Notes under the pieces: generated by a model
Seen by the model: the letters and a program-made list of their open reading frames with translations, nothing else
Database searches by the model: none
What the model was told of the DNA's origin: nothing
Shown here: positions 39,487 through 53,200 of the stretch, piece after piece
Layout of the letters: each line of letters starts with the position of its first letter
Numbering within the stretch: position 1 is the first letter of the stretch
Made by a program: the position numbers and the translations under genes
Assembly: GCA_964016885.1 (NCBI GenBank)
Contig: OZ024741.1
Span: 311,984,001 to 312,048,000, forward strand
DNA from: Eledone cirrhosa
Lineage: Eukaryota
Direction: 5' to 3'
Length of the DNA stretch: 64,000 bases

Positions 39487-42343
39487 AAACGCACATGGTG
39501 GATATATATCGTTATGGAATCGCTCCCGTAAGTTTTTGATTTTTACTTATTTAAAACAACTGTGATAGAATAATTCGTATTACAAATTAAGTATAAGATT
39601 ACATGTTAACGCTCAGCAAGCCATAACGCATCACTTTACGCCATAGGGGCCCAATATTTAATATTTAATTTTGGATCAGAAATGTTATAGTCGAAAAAGA
39701 GAAAATGGCTAAGTGGACAGACAGGTTAATAATTTCACCAACACCACCACCGCCACGATCACCACTACCGCGCCAAAAACTCTAGACAAGTTACCTCAAC
39801 ATCTATTTCTACTTCAACTTCAACACCATCACTACAGTACTACGATCACATCACCACCACCACTGCCTCATTATCGCTACCGCCGCTATTCTCTCCCACT
39901 ACCTCCTGCTAAGTACTACTAGCACAGCACCACCACCACCACCTGCCTCATTATCACCTCCGCCGTTATTCTCTCCCACTACCTCCTGCTAAGACATGCA
40001 TCGTAGTGTCCCCACTAAAAGAGGAAGGCACCAAAAGATATAAATAGACTGATTTGATGACCCGGTCAAAAAATCAAAATAACAAAAATCAAAATCAAAA
40101 CAGCACAGCAACAACGAAAAACGTAAAGAAAAGAAAAATGAAAAGAAAAACAAACAGACAGACAGAGAAGGAAAAAAAACAAAAAAAACTAAGTCAGACA
40201 TTCAAACATTACATTACCATGAAACTTATGCTTATTCTCTTTTTTTTTTTTTTTACCTATTTGTTTGTTTGTTTATTTATGTTCCTCTACAGCGTGATAG
40301 TGTCACACTAAAATCACGGGAGGTGATGAGATCACCGGAGGTGATGAAATCACCGGTGGTTATGTAACCATACATTCACCAATCCTCGATAAGAGTGTTT
40401 CAATGTCGAACCTAAACAGTTCGAATAACGGTGAAGTGGAGACTAGAACGTCATGTGACAGACTCTCACCCAGCAGGTGCTCCCTGGCTCAGCAGTAGGG
40501 ACCTAGCTGTCAACCAAATACTGCTGGTGTCGGAGGAAGAAGAAGAAGGAAAGGGACCAGAACCAACTGGACGAAAGAATTGAATAGAACTATTATGCAA
40601 TGTTACCTGAAGAGTAACCCCAAGGAGAAAGGCTATAGGAAACGGATGCATAACATCTAGAACGAGATTGGTCTACTTAAATTAGATGAACAGAAATTGG
40701 CCGGGCAGGCTCGGGCAATAAGAACTAATGGGTGGATAAGCGAGCTGGAACTGGAGGAACGGAGCAGAGAGATTAGCTTGGAAATGGAGAGTGGAGTATG
40801 CCAGGCAAACGAGTCAGTGGGAAATGAAGGTGAAGAGGTCGAGAGAACGGAGGAACCACCCGAAACAGACAATGATCTGAATGCTGAGATAAATAATACC
40901 TGGAACAGAGATACGGCCACTGAGGAGATGAATGCTGACGGGCTAGGACAAGATTTGGTAGATATCCTAAACTTAGTGGTAGATGAATTGAACAATAATA
41001 GTGGGAAACCTATGAACCTCAGATTTGTAGACAGGAAAAAGTTAAAAGAAACAACAGCTAAGGTAAACAAAGTCATCCCTTACCATGAGGCGAGGAGCCT
41101 TCACCAGTGCAACAATATCCTCAAAGCAACAGCAAATGCGGTGAGGAAATTACTTGGCATAAAAGCGAGAGGAAACAACAAACAAGAAAGATCAGAACCT
41201 TGGTGGAAGAAACGACTTAATGGTCAAATTAGGGAAATGAGAAATGACATTGGAAAGCTTGAGTCCCTACTGAATGGGACACTAAAAACATAGACACTAA
41301 AAATAGACTGGAAATAAAGTACAAAACTAGGAGGAAAAAGCTAAATATTATAATAGAGGAACTGAAGCAACGCATTGTAGCAAGGAGTGCAAAGATTAGG
41401 CGATACGAGAGCAGAGTCAGTCAGTATAGACAGAACCGCATGTTTGAGAACAACCAGAAGATGCTGTTTGGACAGCTTGAAGGGAAAGAAAGAGGCAACG
41501 ACTTGATTCCTGAGGCGGAATAAACTAAGACATTCTGGAGAGGAATATGGGAGAAAACTGAATTCAGAGATCCACAGACATGGAACTGGTTGAAAAGAGG
41601 AGACCTTAAAAAGGCTACAGAAGGAATGTTAATGGCTGCGCAAGAGCAGGCCCTCAAAACGAAGTGGTTGAAACACCATATTTACAAGGAGGAGGCTAGA
41701 CCACTGTGCAGGATCTATGGAGAGAGAGAGGAGACTGTGGCTCACATTGTATCTGAGTGTAAACAGCTAGCCCAGACTCACTATAAGGGCTGGAGACAGG
41801 ATGTGTTGGGCAGGGTGATCCACTGGTACCTATGCAAAGTAAACAATTTACCACATTCTGAGAAATGGTATAGTGGCCAGAGTCGGTGATAGAAAACGAT
41901 CAGGTGAAGGTGCTGTGGGATTTTAGGATACAGACGGACAAGAAACTGGAACACAATAGACCTGACCTGGTGGTTTTGGACAAGGAAAAAAGATCGTGCC
42001 AGATTGTGGATGTGGCCTGCCCATTCAACACGAGAGTGCAAGAGAAGGAGAGGGAGAAAATTAACCGATACCAGGACTTAAAGTGGGAGGTAAAAAGGAT
42101 TTGGAACTGCCATTAAGTCAAAGTGGTCCCGATTGTCATAGGCACACTAGGTACTATCTCAAAAGGTTTCCAGTGATGGTTAAAGAAAATTGGCCCCTTC
42201 ACGCTTTTTGGAACGCTTCAAAAGGCATGCTTGCTGGGAACAGCAAGAACCATCCGATACGTCCTGAATATCTGAGGCTGCAGGTAGAGGCTTGATATTC
42301 ATTTCAACAAACTTTCCAGTTAACTAACTGAGACTCAAAGAAC
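39487..42343 (+). mobile_element. R4/Dong-type LINE family 1, copy 2: long 5' region, RT removed by an internal deletion
   Basis: ~40185-41552 matches copy 1, then jumps to the post-RT region; complete RLE end and 3'UTR; assigning 39487-40185 to the 5'UTR is inferred. Confidence 0.88.
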
Positions 42344-42360
42344 AATAATAATAACAATAA

Positions 42361-42534
42361 TTGTTTCTACTTTTGGCACAAGGCCAGCAATTACCCAGTG
42401 CATTACTGGTACTTTATTTTATCGACCCCGTAAGGATGAAAGGCAAAGTCAACCTCGGCGGGATTTGAACTCAGATCGTAAAGGGACGTAACTATGCTGG
42501 AAAGCATGGCGTCCGACCCTCTACCGATGCTGCC
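42361..42534 (-). mobile_element. Full-length tRNA-derived SINE inside (AAT)n
   Basis: GGCAGCATCGG A-box-like, GAGTTCAAATCC B box, (ATT)n tail; AAT repeats on both sides. Confidence 0.92.
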
Positions 42535-42554
42535 AATAATAATAATAATAATAA

Positions 42555-44276
42555 AACAAAATATGGATATAAAGTCTATGACAAAACCATTAATCAATTG
42601 TTCTACATGGATGACCTGAAACTATTTGCAAAAAGATGATGAATAATTGCACGGGCTATTATCCACTGTGGAGCAGTTCAGTGATGACATTAAAATGGAG
42701 TTCGGACTAGATAAATGCGCCAATGCAACGTTCACCAGAGGAAAGCTGCTGAAAAGTTCAGACATTAATCTTGATCGGGGGAATGTGATAAGAGAACTTG
42801 ATCAAGAGGAAACTTACAAATATCTAGGTGTTTGTGAAGGAGACGGAATCAAGCACCCGACAATGAGGGAAAGGATAAGGAAGGAATGTCGCAGAGTAAG
42901 AGCAATCTTAAGAACGGAATTGAATGCAAGGAATAGGATCGATGCCATAAACACTCTTGCCATACCAGTAGTAACCTACAGTTACAATGTTATCAACTGG
43001 TCAAGCACAGAGATCCGTAGGCTCGATACAACATTTAGAAAATTCTTAACCATGCACAGAATGCATCACCCTAAGGCAGATACAGATATAATATATCTCC
43101 CTAGGAAAGAAGGAGGACGTGGGTTAATCCAGTTAGACATTGCGTTGAAAACTGCAACAATTGGATTATCTACATATCTAAGGGAATCACATGATTGGAT
43201 GATCAAACTCGTTTTGAAACACGAAAGCATCAAAAGATGCACAAGGATACAGTAATGGACTACAAATTTCAGATGTCCCATTTACTGTTGAAATGGAAAA
43301 CACAAAAAAAGCAAAGCAGGTAAAAGTAACTGCAAAGAAAGAACTGCTACAGAAACTGGCTAAGAAATGGCAAGAAAAGCCTCTGTATGGAAAATACCCA
43401 GAACGAGCTATCAATCCTAATGTTGACAAAACTTTAACCCATCAGTGGTTGGCATCCTCTGGACTGAAATCGGAGACTGAAGGTCTGATTATATCAGCAC
43501 AAGATCAGTGTCTGCCAACAAAAAATTACCAAGCCAACATAATAAAAAATGGATGCAGCCCATTATGCCGTGTATGTAAAAAACAACCAGAGACTATTGA
43601 CCATATAATTTCAATGTGCAGTCCTATAGCTCCAACCGAATACCTAAACAGGCATGACAGAGCTGCACAATCCATACATTGGATAATGTGTAAGCATTTT
43701 GACCTGCCACATGAAAAGAATTGGTGGGAGTATCAACCACCTCCCATACTTGAAAAAGATCACATCCCAATCTTGTGAAACTTTACCATCCAAACAGACC
43801 GAAAAATAGATGCAAATAGACCTGATATAATATTGAAGGACTTTAAAAAGAGGGTATGCCTGCTAATTGATATGTCCGTTCCAATAGTCAAGAATGTATC
43901 TATAAAAACATTTGAAAAATTGAGCAAGTATAAGGACCTGGAGATAGAAATTGGAAAAATGTGGAAATTGAGAACTAAAACAATACCACTGGTTGTAGGC
44001 GCTCTAGGAATGATACCTAAAGGGTCTAATGATTACTTATCGCAAATCCCAGGAAACCCGCATCTAGGAGAAATACAAAAGATAGTACTAATGGGAACTG
44101 CCCATATACTAAGGAAGATTCTGTCAATATAAGTACATCACAAGTCTAAACAACTAAAGATGCATGTGTGAGTATGTACTTTCTTTCTTGAACATGGCGG
44201 ACCTTGTTGTCTCTTGAGGTCACTGGTTGTGACTTGGTGATAACTCGTATGAACACAAAGCAAGATAAATGCAGCT

Positions 44277-44277
<1 letters not shown>
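42555..44277 (+). mobile_element. 5'-truncated R4/Dong-type LINE family 2
   Basis: YMDDLKLF, MEFGLDKC, YKYLG, EGGRGL, CRVC..ETIDHIISMC, RHD, NRPDI, KLSKYKDL, PLVVGALG; flanked by (AAT)n. Confidence 0.93.
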
Positions 44278-44308
<31 letters not shown>

Positions 44309-44309
<1 letters not shown>

Positions 44310-47300
44310 TTATTTCTTTATTAACCACAAGGGTTACATAAAGTAGACATTAAGGACAGTACAGGACAATACAGGGCGGTACAAATGGGCATTTCTGCGT
44401 GTAAAAAAAGAAACAGAGGATGTAATAATAGAACAATGAAAACATTCCCCAATAGGGGGAGACTTCCGAGGGACATTGCTGGAGAAAGCCCATTAAAAAG
44501 CCACAGTGACACTGACCACCAGGGCAAGTGCCCTCTCCCAGTTTTCCACCTTTAATTTACAGACACATACTCAGAGTAGGCCCATTCACTCGGGCCATTC
44601 TTGCCTCTCTCACCCATCTTTCAACAAAATGCTGGGAAGAGAGCATTTCCCTTTCTACCCTAATTTTCCTTTTCAAATGAAATTTGGAAAAGTTAATCAG
44701 GGCATCACCGAAGTGGTAAGTGCTCGTCTTCAGCCCTTTCAAACGTGTCCACCATACTATCTCTTTCACCATGGCCACCAGACAGATAAAAACTGCCTGC
44801 CCTTCCTGGCTAAAGGAGGAGGGCGGGGCAATCCTCACGATGGACTCGTGATAGCTGGATCCGTTCTACACGCGACAGCAGGTGTTCGACATAAACACAC
44901 AAGTCAGCAATGCTCAGACACTGGACGAGTGTGTGCAGGACGGTTTCGTCGCCCTGCGCGCATCTTGGACATGCCCGGCTGACAGCACTTCCATGCCTGT
45001 AGAGTTTATCCCGAACTGGCAAAGCTCCTCGGTAGCACTGCCAGGCCAGGGATTTCTGGAAGTTGTCCATAGGCCCCGGCCCGAAATTTCTTCCGAAGAG
45101 ATTGGCTAGTTAATTTTCGTCGACGCCTAGAGTTTCCCCAAGTACGTCGTCGCTCTTTCCCTCCACTAATCCTCTATAGAACGCCAAGGTGGAGTTTCCA
45201 CCGATCACATTGCCCGATTGGACGAGGGCTGTGAGTGCCTGAAGACATTCCAGTCTCCAAGCGCTCCCTCTCGGTCTTCGCTTGACCCAGGACTGCAGCT
45301 CCGTAAAGGAGCCGAGCTGGGGAAAGACGTGTCTAGCAAACGGAGACCACACCTATCACCGTCGAGGAAGAGGTGGAGATGTCGTAGCCTGAGCGCGTGT
45401 CTGCGCATCATCAGCCACGGCATTCCCAGCCCTCCACGTAGAGAGTGTGACAGCAGATGGACCGCCTGACCATCGGAGCGCGTCCTTTCCACAAAAAGCG
45501 AAAGAGCAAACGCTCCAGCGCTGTCAGGCGGGGCTTAGGACAAGGTACGACGGTCAGGCGGTTAGCCACCTCCGCTCGACCTTTCAGGGATAGCTTAATC
45601 TCGGCCCATTTCTGGGTGAGAGAAGCCACCCTGCTCGACACCTCTTCCCAGTTTTTGTCCGTCTGGAGATCTGGACCGAACCAGACCCCGAGCAATTTAA
45701 CTGGTCCATCCGTCCAGCGCCCGACGACGCTGTTGGACGGCATGGACCTGCCTCTCCAGGTGCCGAGCTGCAGGCCCACTGAGTTTTCCTGGTTGATCAT
45801 TGCTCCTGTCACCGCCTCGTATTCTCTTAGTGTAGTGCCGATCGCCTCGATGTGTTTGGCGTTCGACACCACTACGGTGACATCGTCCGCATATGCTGAC
45901 ACGGATCTTCCGCATCCTAGTTCGCGCGGGACCCCCCTCAACGTCTCCAGTTTGTGCAGTAATGGCTCGAGAGTCAATACGTACAAGAGGGACGAGAGGG
46001 GACATCCTTGGCGGACCGAGCGCATGATGTTGAACGGTTCCGAAAGGTGACCGTTCACTCTCACCACAGAGCAGATGTCGCTGTGCATGGCAGCGATCCA
46101 GCCTCTGAAGACGGGCCCAAAGCCAGCCGCCCTCAGGACTGCCTGGGGTACGATGGTCGACCCTATCGAAAGCTTTCGACTGATCTAAATTGATCAAGGA
46201 CCCACCCGTGCCAGGTTCCCTAGCTACCCTCTATACGATGTATCGCATGAGGTGGAGGTTGTCGTGGATGGATCTGTCGGGAATGGCGCATGTCTGCGTC
46301 TCTCCCACCAGACCATCAACGACAAGCGCCAACCTCTTTGCTATCACCTTGGTCAAAATCTTGAACTCTGTGTTTAGCAGAGTTATGGGCCTGACATTAT
46401 CTAATGTTATCCCCCTTGTTTGGATGCTTTCTCAGCAGCGCCACAGCTCCTCGGCTCACAGAGCTGGGAATTCTCCGGTTCTGTTGCCAGTTGCAGTAGA
46501 CGTCCGCCAAGAGGCCTGCGAACAAGTATGGCATGTGTACTAAAGTTCATAGCGCAGACCATCCAAACCAGGCGATTTACCCCTTGTGCAGCTAGTCATT
46601 GCCTCCCGTACTTCAGCGGCTGTTATCGGCTTTTCGCAACACTCCGCCTCAGTGGCCGAGATCCGCATCAGTCCGTCAAGGTAGACACTAAAGTCCATCT
46701 CTCGATCCGGCCCGCCGCTGCCCCCGAACGACTGAGCGAAGTGTCGCTGAAAAGCTTCACACATTTGCCCAGAATCGAGTAGCATGCGCCCGTCGTGGTC
46801 CACCAAAGACCGGATCGTGGCTTTGTTGCCACGATTCGCCTCCGCCACTCGGGCCCATTGAACGGCTTTCGTCCCCTCGTGTCTGAGAGCACGCACCCTA
46901 GCTCTGACAACGCAGCTTTCGTGCTTTGCATTGAAGAAATGGTCAAGGGCCAACTTCGCCGTAAGCACGTCGGTCGCGATGTCTTTGCTAAGCGCCTCGT
47001 CTAATTTTCCAAATAATTCTCCCTCTGCTCTATTTTTCTCTATTGCTAAAGCCTTACCAAACCTAATGGACTCTATTATAATTGTTCTTCCCAGAGCAAA
47101 CCACTACTTGCTGTTGACGATGGCCCCTGTCAACGCCCGCTTAACTAGTTCGCTAATTCGGTCTCTGTAGGCCTTGCGCGCTGGTAAGGACGCGTTTAGC
47201 TTCCAGTAGCGGGGTCCTCGTCTATGAAGCCTCTTAAATCAAGTACACAGATCACGAATTTGTGGTCCGTGTAGCTGACTATCTTGAATTGTGGACAGCC

Positions 47301-50179
47301 TATGCTAGACCCATCTATTTCTCTACAAAATACTCTATCTAGATATGATCTGGATGACCCTATGCGATTTGTCCAAGTCCACATTGGCACATTCGGGAAA
47401 TCCAATCGGTACCTGTCAGACAGTTCAAAACACCTGAGCAGGTTGGTAAGGCTCTTGCACCCTCCTCCCCTATCCGCTAATCTCACACAGTTCCAGCGTG
47501 CATCTTAGATCCCGTTCCAGTCGCCCACTAACACTAAAGAGCGGGACGTTCCAAGAAAGGTCTCCAGACGCCGGAAGAAATCAGGCCGCCCTGCTCCTGT
47601 CGGGGCATAGACGGCCACTAGCCTGAACGCTTGCCCGTCTCCGCTGGTCACGTCTAACACAACCAAATTACCTTCTGGGTCCAGGAAGATGGCCCGTATG
47701 GCGAGATCCAAACCTCTCCGAAAAAGCACAGCAACTCTTCCCTCCGATCCCGGACGGCTGGGAGATGCGTACACATCGTAGTCGCCGAAGATCGGTGCGA
47801 AGGCCCGTGCTTCGGAGATTCTGGTCTCGCAGATGCCCACTACATCTATGTTTAGTGACCTGAGGTCGTTGAGCAGGTGGCCCTGCTTCCATGACGACCC
47901 CAAGCCACGCGCATTTATGCTGCCTATTCTGAGTGAGGTCATATTGAAATGGAGTGGAAAACATGGGAAAGACCACTTACCTTACTTCTCGTAGAGGAAG
48001 GACGGTTTTTCCATCCTTTTCACTTCTTGTGGCCTCCTCAGGAAGGATGTTCTTATAAATCCTCCTGGAGAGTGCTTGTCGGAAGTCTCCGATGTCTTTG
48101 GGGAATTTTTGTTTCAGTGTCATGTACGTTTTCTGTGTGATGCGAGTGATTTGTATGTGTGGAGGTGGTGTGAATTTTTGGGTTGTTGTGTAGTCTTTTT
48201 CTGTGATGCTGGTGTTGTGTTGGATGTAGTGTAATAATTGGTTGTTGTTCAAATTTAATGGTGTGTAGTGTGTATCGTTTTGGTTGTTTTGTTTTGTTTG
48301 CGTTTGTTGTGGGTTTGTTTCTGTTTCGCATTTTCGTGACTTTTGTGGTGTAGGTGATGGTGGTGTTGGGGTTAATGATGGTGATGGTGTTGGTGTTTGG
48401 GGTGATGGGGTTGGTGATGCTGGTGTGGATGGTGGTATATCTGTCCTAACTTTTTTGTTTGTTAATTTATTTGTTTCCCTCTGTATTTTGTTTTTGGAGA
48501 GGGAAGGAAGAGAATTTTTTCTTTTTTGGTTTCTTTTTTTTCTTTTTTCCTGATACTGTTTCCCACTCCTCGTCGTCACAATCTGTCTCCAGTTGTGATA
48601 GGCCGGGGAGTGGAAAATCCTCCACAGGTGTTAGTTTTGGTTGTCGCGTGGTGGATGGTGTAGGCGCTGGTGCTAGTTCTGAAGCGTTGGGTGGTGGTGG
48701 TGTTGGTTTTGCTGGTGGTGATGGTGTTGGTTTCGCTACTGTTGCTGGGGTTGTTGCTGTTATAGTTGCTTCTGTTGTTGCTGCTACAGTTGTTGCTGCC
48801 ATCTCTGCTACTGGTGGTGTTGATAATTGAGTCACTGGGGTGGGTAGGAGAGGTGGCCTCAACCTTTTAGCCTGAAGGCAGAAAGCCTTTAGGTGGGTTC
48901 CTTCACCACAAACGACACACCTAGGCCTTCTGCCCTCGACAATTACGGTGAGGTGGCTACCGTCAGTGAGGTCTATTACCTCTGGGATCTCCTCAATGCT
49001 TTTTTGGTCCGCTTGGATCAGGAGCTCCATCCCAGATCCGGACCAGTTCTCCTACATTTCTTTTGCTATTGCTATTATCTTTGTGTTGGCTTCGATGCCG
49101 GCGAGGACGGCCGCTATTTGCCAGGGAATTTCGATGGCCGGTGGAACGTGGGTCACCCTGATCTTTACCAGTCTCTGGCCACAATAGCTTGGGACGAGTG
49201 TTAAGTCGTCACTTCTTAATGGGGCCATGGAGTGTTCTTTAGCCTCCTCTGGTGTTTCAAAGAACACGTCCACGGTTCCATACTTCTGCCCACGTCTGAT
49301 GTGGGTTTTTCTTGCCCACACATGTCGCTTTTTGGATTTGGGACTCAGATGCCCGTTCCACTCGGCGCGATTTTATGTTTATTGTCCGATAAGTCACGGT
49401 GCATAGGCGACGTTGCTCCATTTTATTAGGTGACGGGGGGGGGGGGGGGGGGGCTGACCATGTACCCATCTTTCTTTACCATTCCTTTGGCTTCGTCTAA
49501 TTCTTCCTGAGTTACCTGAATCGCTTCGCACGTTTTTGCTACTCTGGCAAAACTCAGGGTAGTTTTCTTAATTTTGTTGCTGTTGTTGTTATCGTTATTT
49601 TTGCTATTGTTAATTTTAGTTTCAGTTGTGGTGGTGGTGGTGTCAGTGGTGTTCGGTATGGAATAGTTCATTTTGGTTGAATTCATTTCGATATCATGAG
49701 TTAATTTATATTTTTTTTCTTTTGTTTCTGTTGTCGCTGTGGTGGTGGTGGGGGTGGTGGTTGTCGCGGTGGTGGTGGTGGTGGTGGCGGCTTTAACACC
49801 TGCAGTCATTAGGTAATGGCGGGAAATGAACGTCTGCCTGAGACAAATTTATAATATTGCTACTGCTTACAATTCCAGTGTTGGCAAACGTAGCAATGTT
49901 TACAATGGTGGTGACGGTGTGAGGTGTTGGATTGTGAGGAAGGAGTGAATCTGAGTCATCCATTATTTTTCAAAGAAAAAAATTATTGTTTGATAATTAT
50001 AAAATGTTTAAATTTTGGGCTCAAGGCCCCAATATTTTGAGTGTCCTTTTCAGAAATCAATGTATGTGCACTTATATATAGTTAACAATAAACATTTTCC
50101 ATAAATGGCAATTTTAAATAACTGAAAATAACAAACCTTTGCGGAGCTCACGATGATACGATTTACTACGTAGGTCGCC
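44309..50179 (-). mobile_element. Full-length Tx1/L1-type LINE family B (ORF1 with CCHC knuckle, ORF2 APE-RT), frameshifted
   Basis: ORF1 CVVCGEGTHLKAFC; ORF2 from ATG 47942 (IGSINARGL), YADD, CPRC..ETVLH.L.QC; AATAAA tail; (AAT)n on both flanks. Confidence 0.94.
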
Positions 50180-50215
<36 letters not shown>

Positions 50216-50217
<2 letters not shown>

Positions 50218-53200
50218 TTTCATTTATTGAAACAAGAGCCGACATATAGGGGCAATCCAAAATACTGGGACAGTGGGGTTTTACAGAAAAATCGAGTAAA
50301 CAATATGAATAAACAAAGTAACAATAACAAAGTAACAATAAAGTAACAAGAAAATTACAAGAAAAAATTCCCCAATAGGGGGGATGCCCACCTAGGGTTC
50401 GCTCAGGTACCCCACCAGTCCTGAACGACCCGACACTTCGAGAGCAGTCTGGAAGGGCACCCCTCTCCTCTTCAAATTTACCTACCTACAGCCGCATGAC
50501 CAGAGTAGGCCCACTCACACGGGTCATTCTCGCCACATTCACCCACCTTTCAGCTAATGTACTGGGGGGAAGCACTTCTCTCTCCACCCTCACCTTCCTT
50601 TCCAAGTAAAACTTGAAAAAGTTGATGAGGGATTGGCCGAAGAGAAAAGTGTCTGTCTTCAGTCCTTTCAAGCTCGTCCACCATACAACCTCTTTCGCTA
50701 CTGCCACCAGACAGAGGAAAATTGCCTGCCCTTCCTGGCCAAAAGGCGGCGGGTCGATCTTCACTATGGACTCGGCCGATAGCCGGATCCGTTCTACACG
50801 CGACAACAGCTGTTCAACATAACTCCACAAGTCAGTAATGCACTGAACGGTTTCGTCGCTCTGCGCGCATCTTGGGCAGATCCGTCTGACAGCACTTCCG
50901 TGCCTCTAGAGTTTATCTCGAACCGGCAGTGCCCACCGGTAGCACTGTCAAGCGAGGGATTTTTGGAAATTATCCATCGTCCCCGGCTCGAAATTCCTCC
51001 GGTACAGACTGGTTAGTTCGACTTCGTTGACTCCCAGAGCCTCTCCCAGTGCGACGTCGCACTTGCCCACCACTAATCCTCTATAGAACTCGAGAGTGGA
51101 AGTTCCACTGACCGCATTGCCCGCCTGGTAGAGGGCAGTGAGTGCCTGGCAACATTCCAGATGCCAGTCACCCAGTCTCGGTCTCTTCTTGACCCAGGAC
51201 TGCAACTCAGTCAAAGAAAAAAGCTGCTGAAAGGCCCGTCTGACAAACGGCGACTACACCTGTTCACCGTTTAGGCAGAATATCAGGAGATGCCGCAGCC
51301 TCAGCGCGTGCCTGCGCCTTATTAGCCACGGCATGCCCAGCCCTCCACATAGAGTGTGCTGGCAGCAGATGGACCACCTCACCAGCAGAACCTGACCTCG
51401 CCACAAGAATTTGAAGAGGAGCCTCTCCAAGATGGCGAGGCGCGAACGGGGGCAAGGGACGACAGTCAGACGGTAGTAGTTGACGGACGCGATGTACGCG
51501 TTCGCCACTTCCGCCCGACATTTCAGTGATAGCTTCCTCCCAGCCCATTTCTGGGTGAGACTGACTACCGTGCCCGTCACCTCGTCCCAATTCTTATCTA
51601 CCTGGACGTCTGGCCTGAACCAAACCCCTAGCAACTTTACCGGTCCGTCCGTCCAGCGCCTAACGACGCTGTTGGACGGCATGGACTTGCCTCTCCAGGT
51701 GCCGAGTTGCAAGCCTACTGACTTTTCCGGGTTAAGTTTTGCTCCCGTCAACCTTCCATATTCCTCCAATAAGTTGCCAACCACCTTGATTTCTGAGGTG
51801 TCCGACACCACCACGGTGATGTCGTCCGCATAAGCCGACACAGCCTTTCCACGTCCCGATTCGAACGGGATGCCCTGCAACAGCTCCAGCTTCCGCAGTA
51901 AAGGCTCGAGAGTCAATACGTACAGAAGGGAGGAGAGAGGGCACCCTTGACGGACCGATCGGGAGACCTGAAACGGTTCCGAGAGGTGGCCATTAATTTT
52001 GACCATGTATTGCAGCGATTCAGCTTCTGAAGACGGGGCCGAAGCCAGCCGCCTTCAGGACAGCCTTCAGGTACCGATGGTCGACCCTATCGAATGCTTT
52101 CGATTGATCTAAATTGATCAGAGCCCCACCGAAGCCAGGTTTACACCCTACCCTCTCTATGATGTATCGCATTAGGTGGAGGTTGTCGTGTATGGACCTG
52201 GTTGGGATTGCGCAAGTGTGCGCCTCCCCAACCAAATGCCCGACGACAAGCGCCAACCTCTTCGCTAACACCCTGGCCAAAATCTTAAACTCTGTGTTGA
52301 GCAGAGTTATGGGCCTAAAATTGTCTAATGTGTCCCTCTTGTTCTCGTCTTTCCTTATAAGCGTCACTACGCCCCGGCTCACAGACCTGGGAATACTCCC
52401 GTTTTGCTGCCAGTTGCAGTAGAGGACTTCGAGGAGATTGGAGAACAAGTCTGGCATATTTACGTAAAGCTCGTAGGGCAGACCATCTAAACAGGGTGAC
52501 TTACGCCTCATGCAGCCTACAAGGGCATCCTGAATCTCGGCTGAAGTAATTGGCCTTTCGCAGCGCCCAGCGTAAGCCGTCGAGAGTTGCGGCAAGCCAT
52601 CGAGGTAGGGACTGAAGTCCGCCACCATCTCTGACCCGCCGCTTCCCCCGAACAACCGAGCAAAATGTTGGCGAAAGGTTTCACACATCCTCTTGGAATC
52701 GCTCAGCTCGTGCCCGTCTCGGTCCGTCAAAGACCGAATCGTGGTTTTATTACCACGCTGCGCCTCTGCCACGCGGGCCCATCGAACAGCTTTGGTTTCC
52801 TCGTTTCTCAGAGCACGCGCATTAGCTCTGACAATGCAACTTTCGTGTTTCGCATTGAAGAAATGGTCTCATGCCATTCTCGCCGCTAGCACATCAGTTG
52901 CAATGCCACTACCAATAGCCTCGTCTAACTTATCTACCAACTCCCCCTCCTTTCTATTTTTCTCTAATGCTACTTCTTTGCTAAACTCTATCGACATTAC
53001 TCTAATCTCTCTTTTGAGAGCACCCCACCATCTATTGCTGACGACTCCCCCTGTCAACGTTTTCTTAACTAAATTGTTGACCTGGTCCCTCTAAGCCTTA
53101 CGTGCCGGAAATGACATGTTTAGCTTCCAGTAACCAGGACCTAACCTACGCGTCTTATCTAGCTCGACCATACAGATCACACACTTGTGATCTGAATAGG

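Noticed and set aside
39330-39539. Endonuclease fused to poly-Asn/poly-Lys as a novel protein
   Set aside because: Read-through into (AAT)n(AAG)n from a truncated copy with upstream stops
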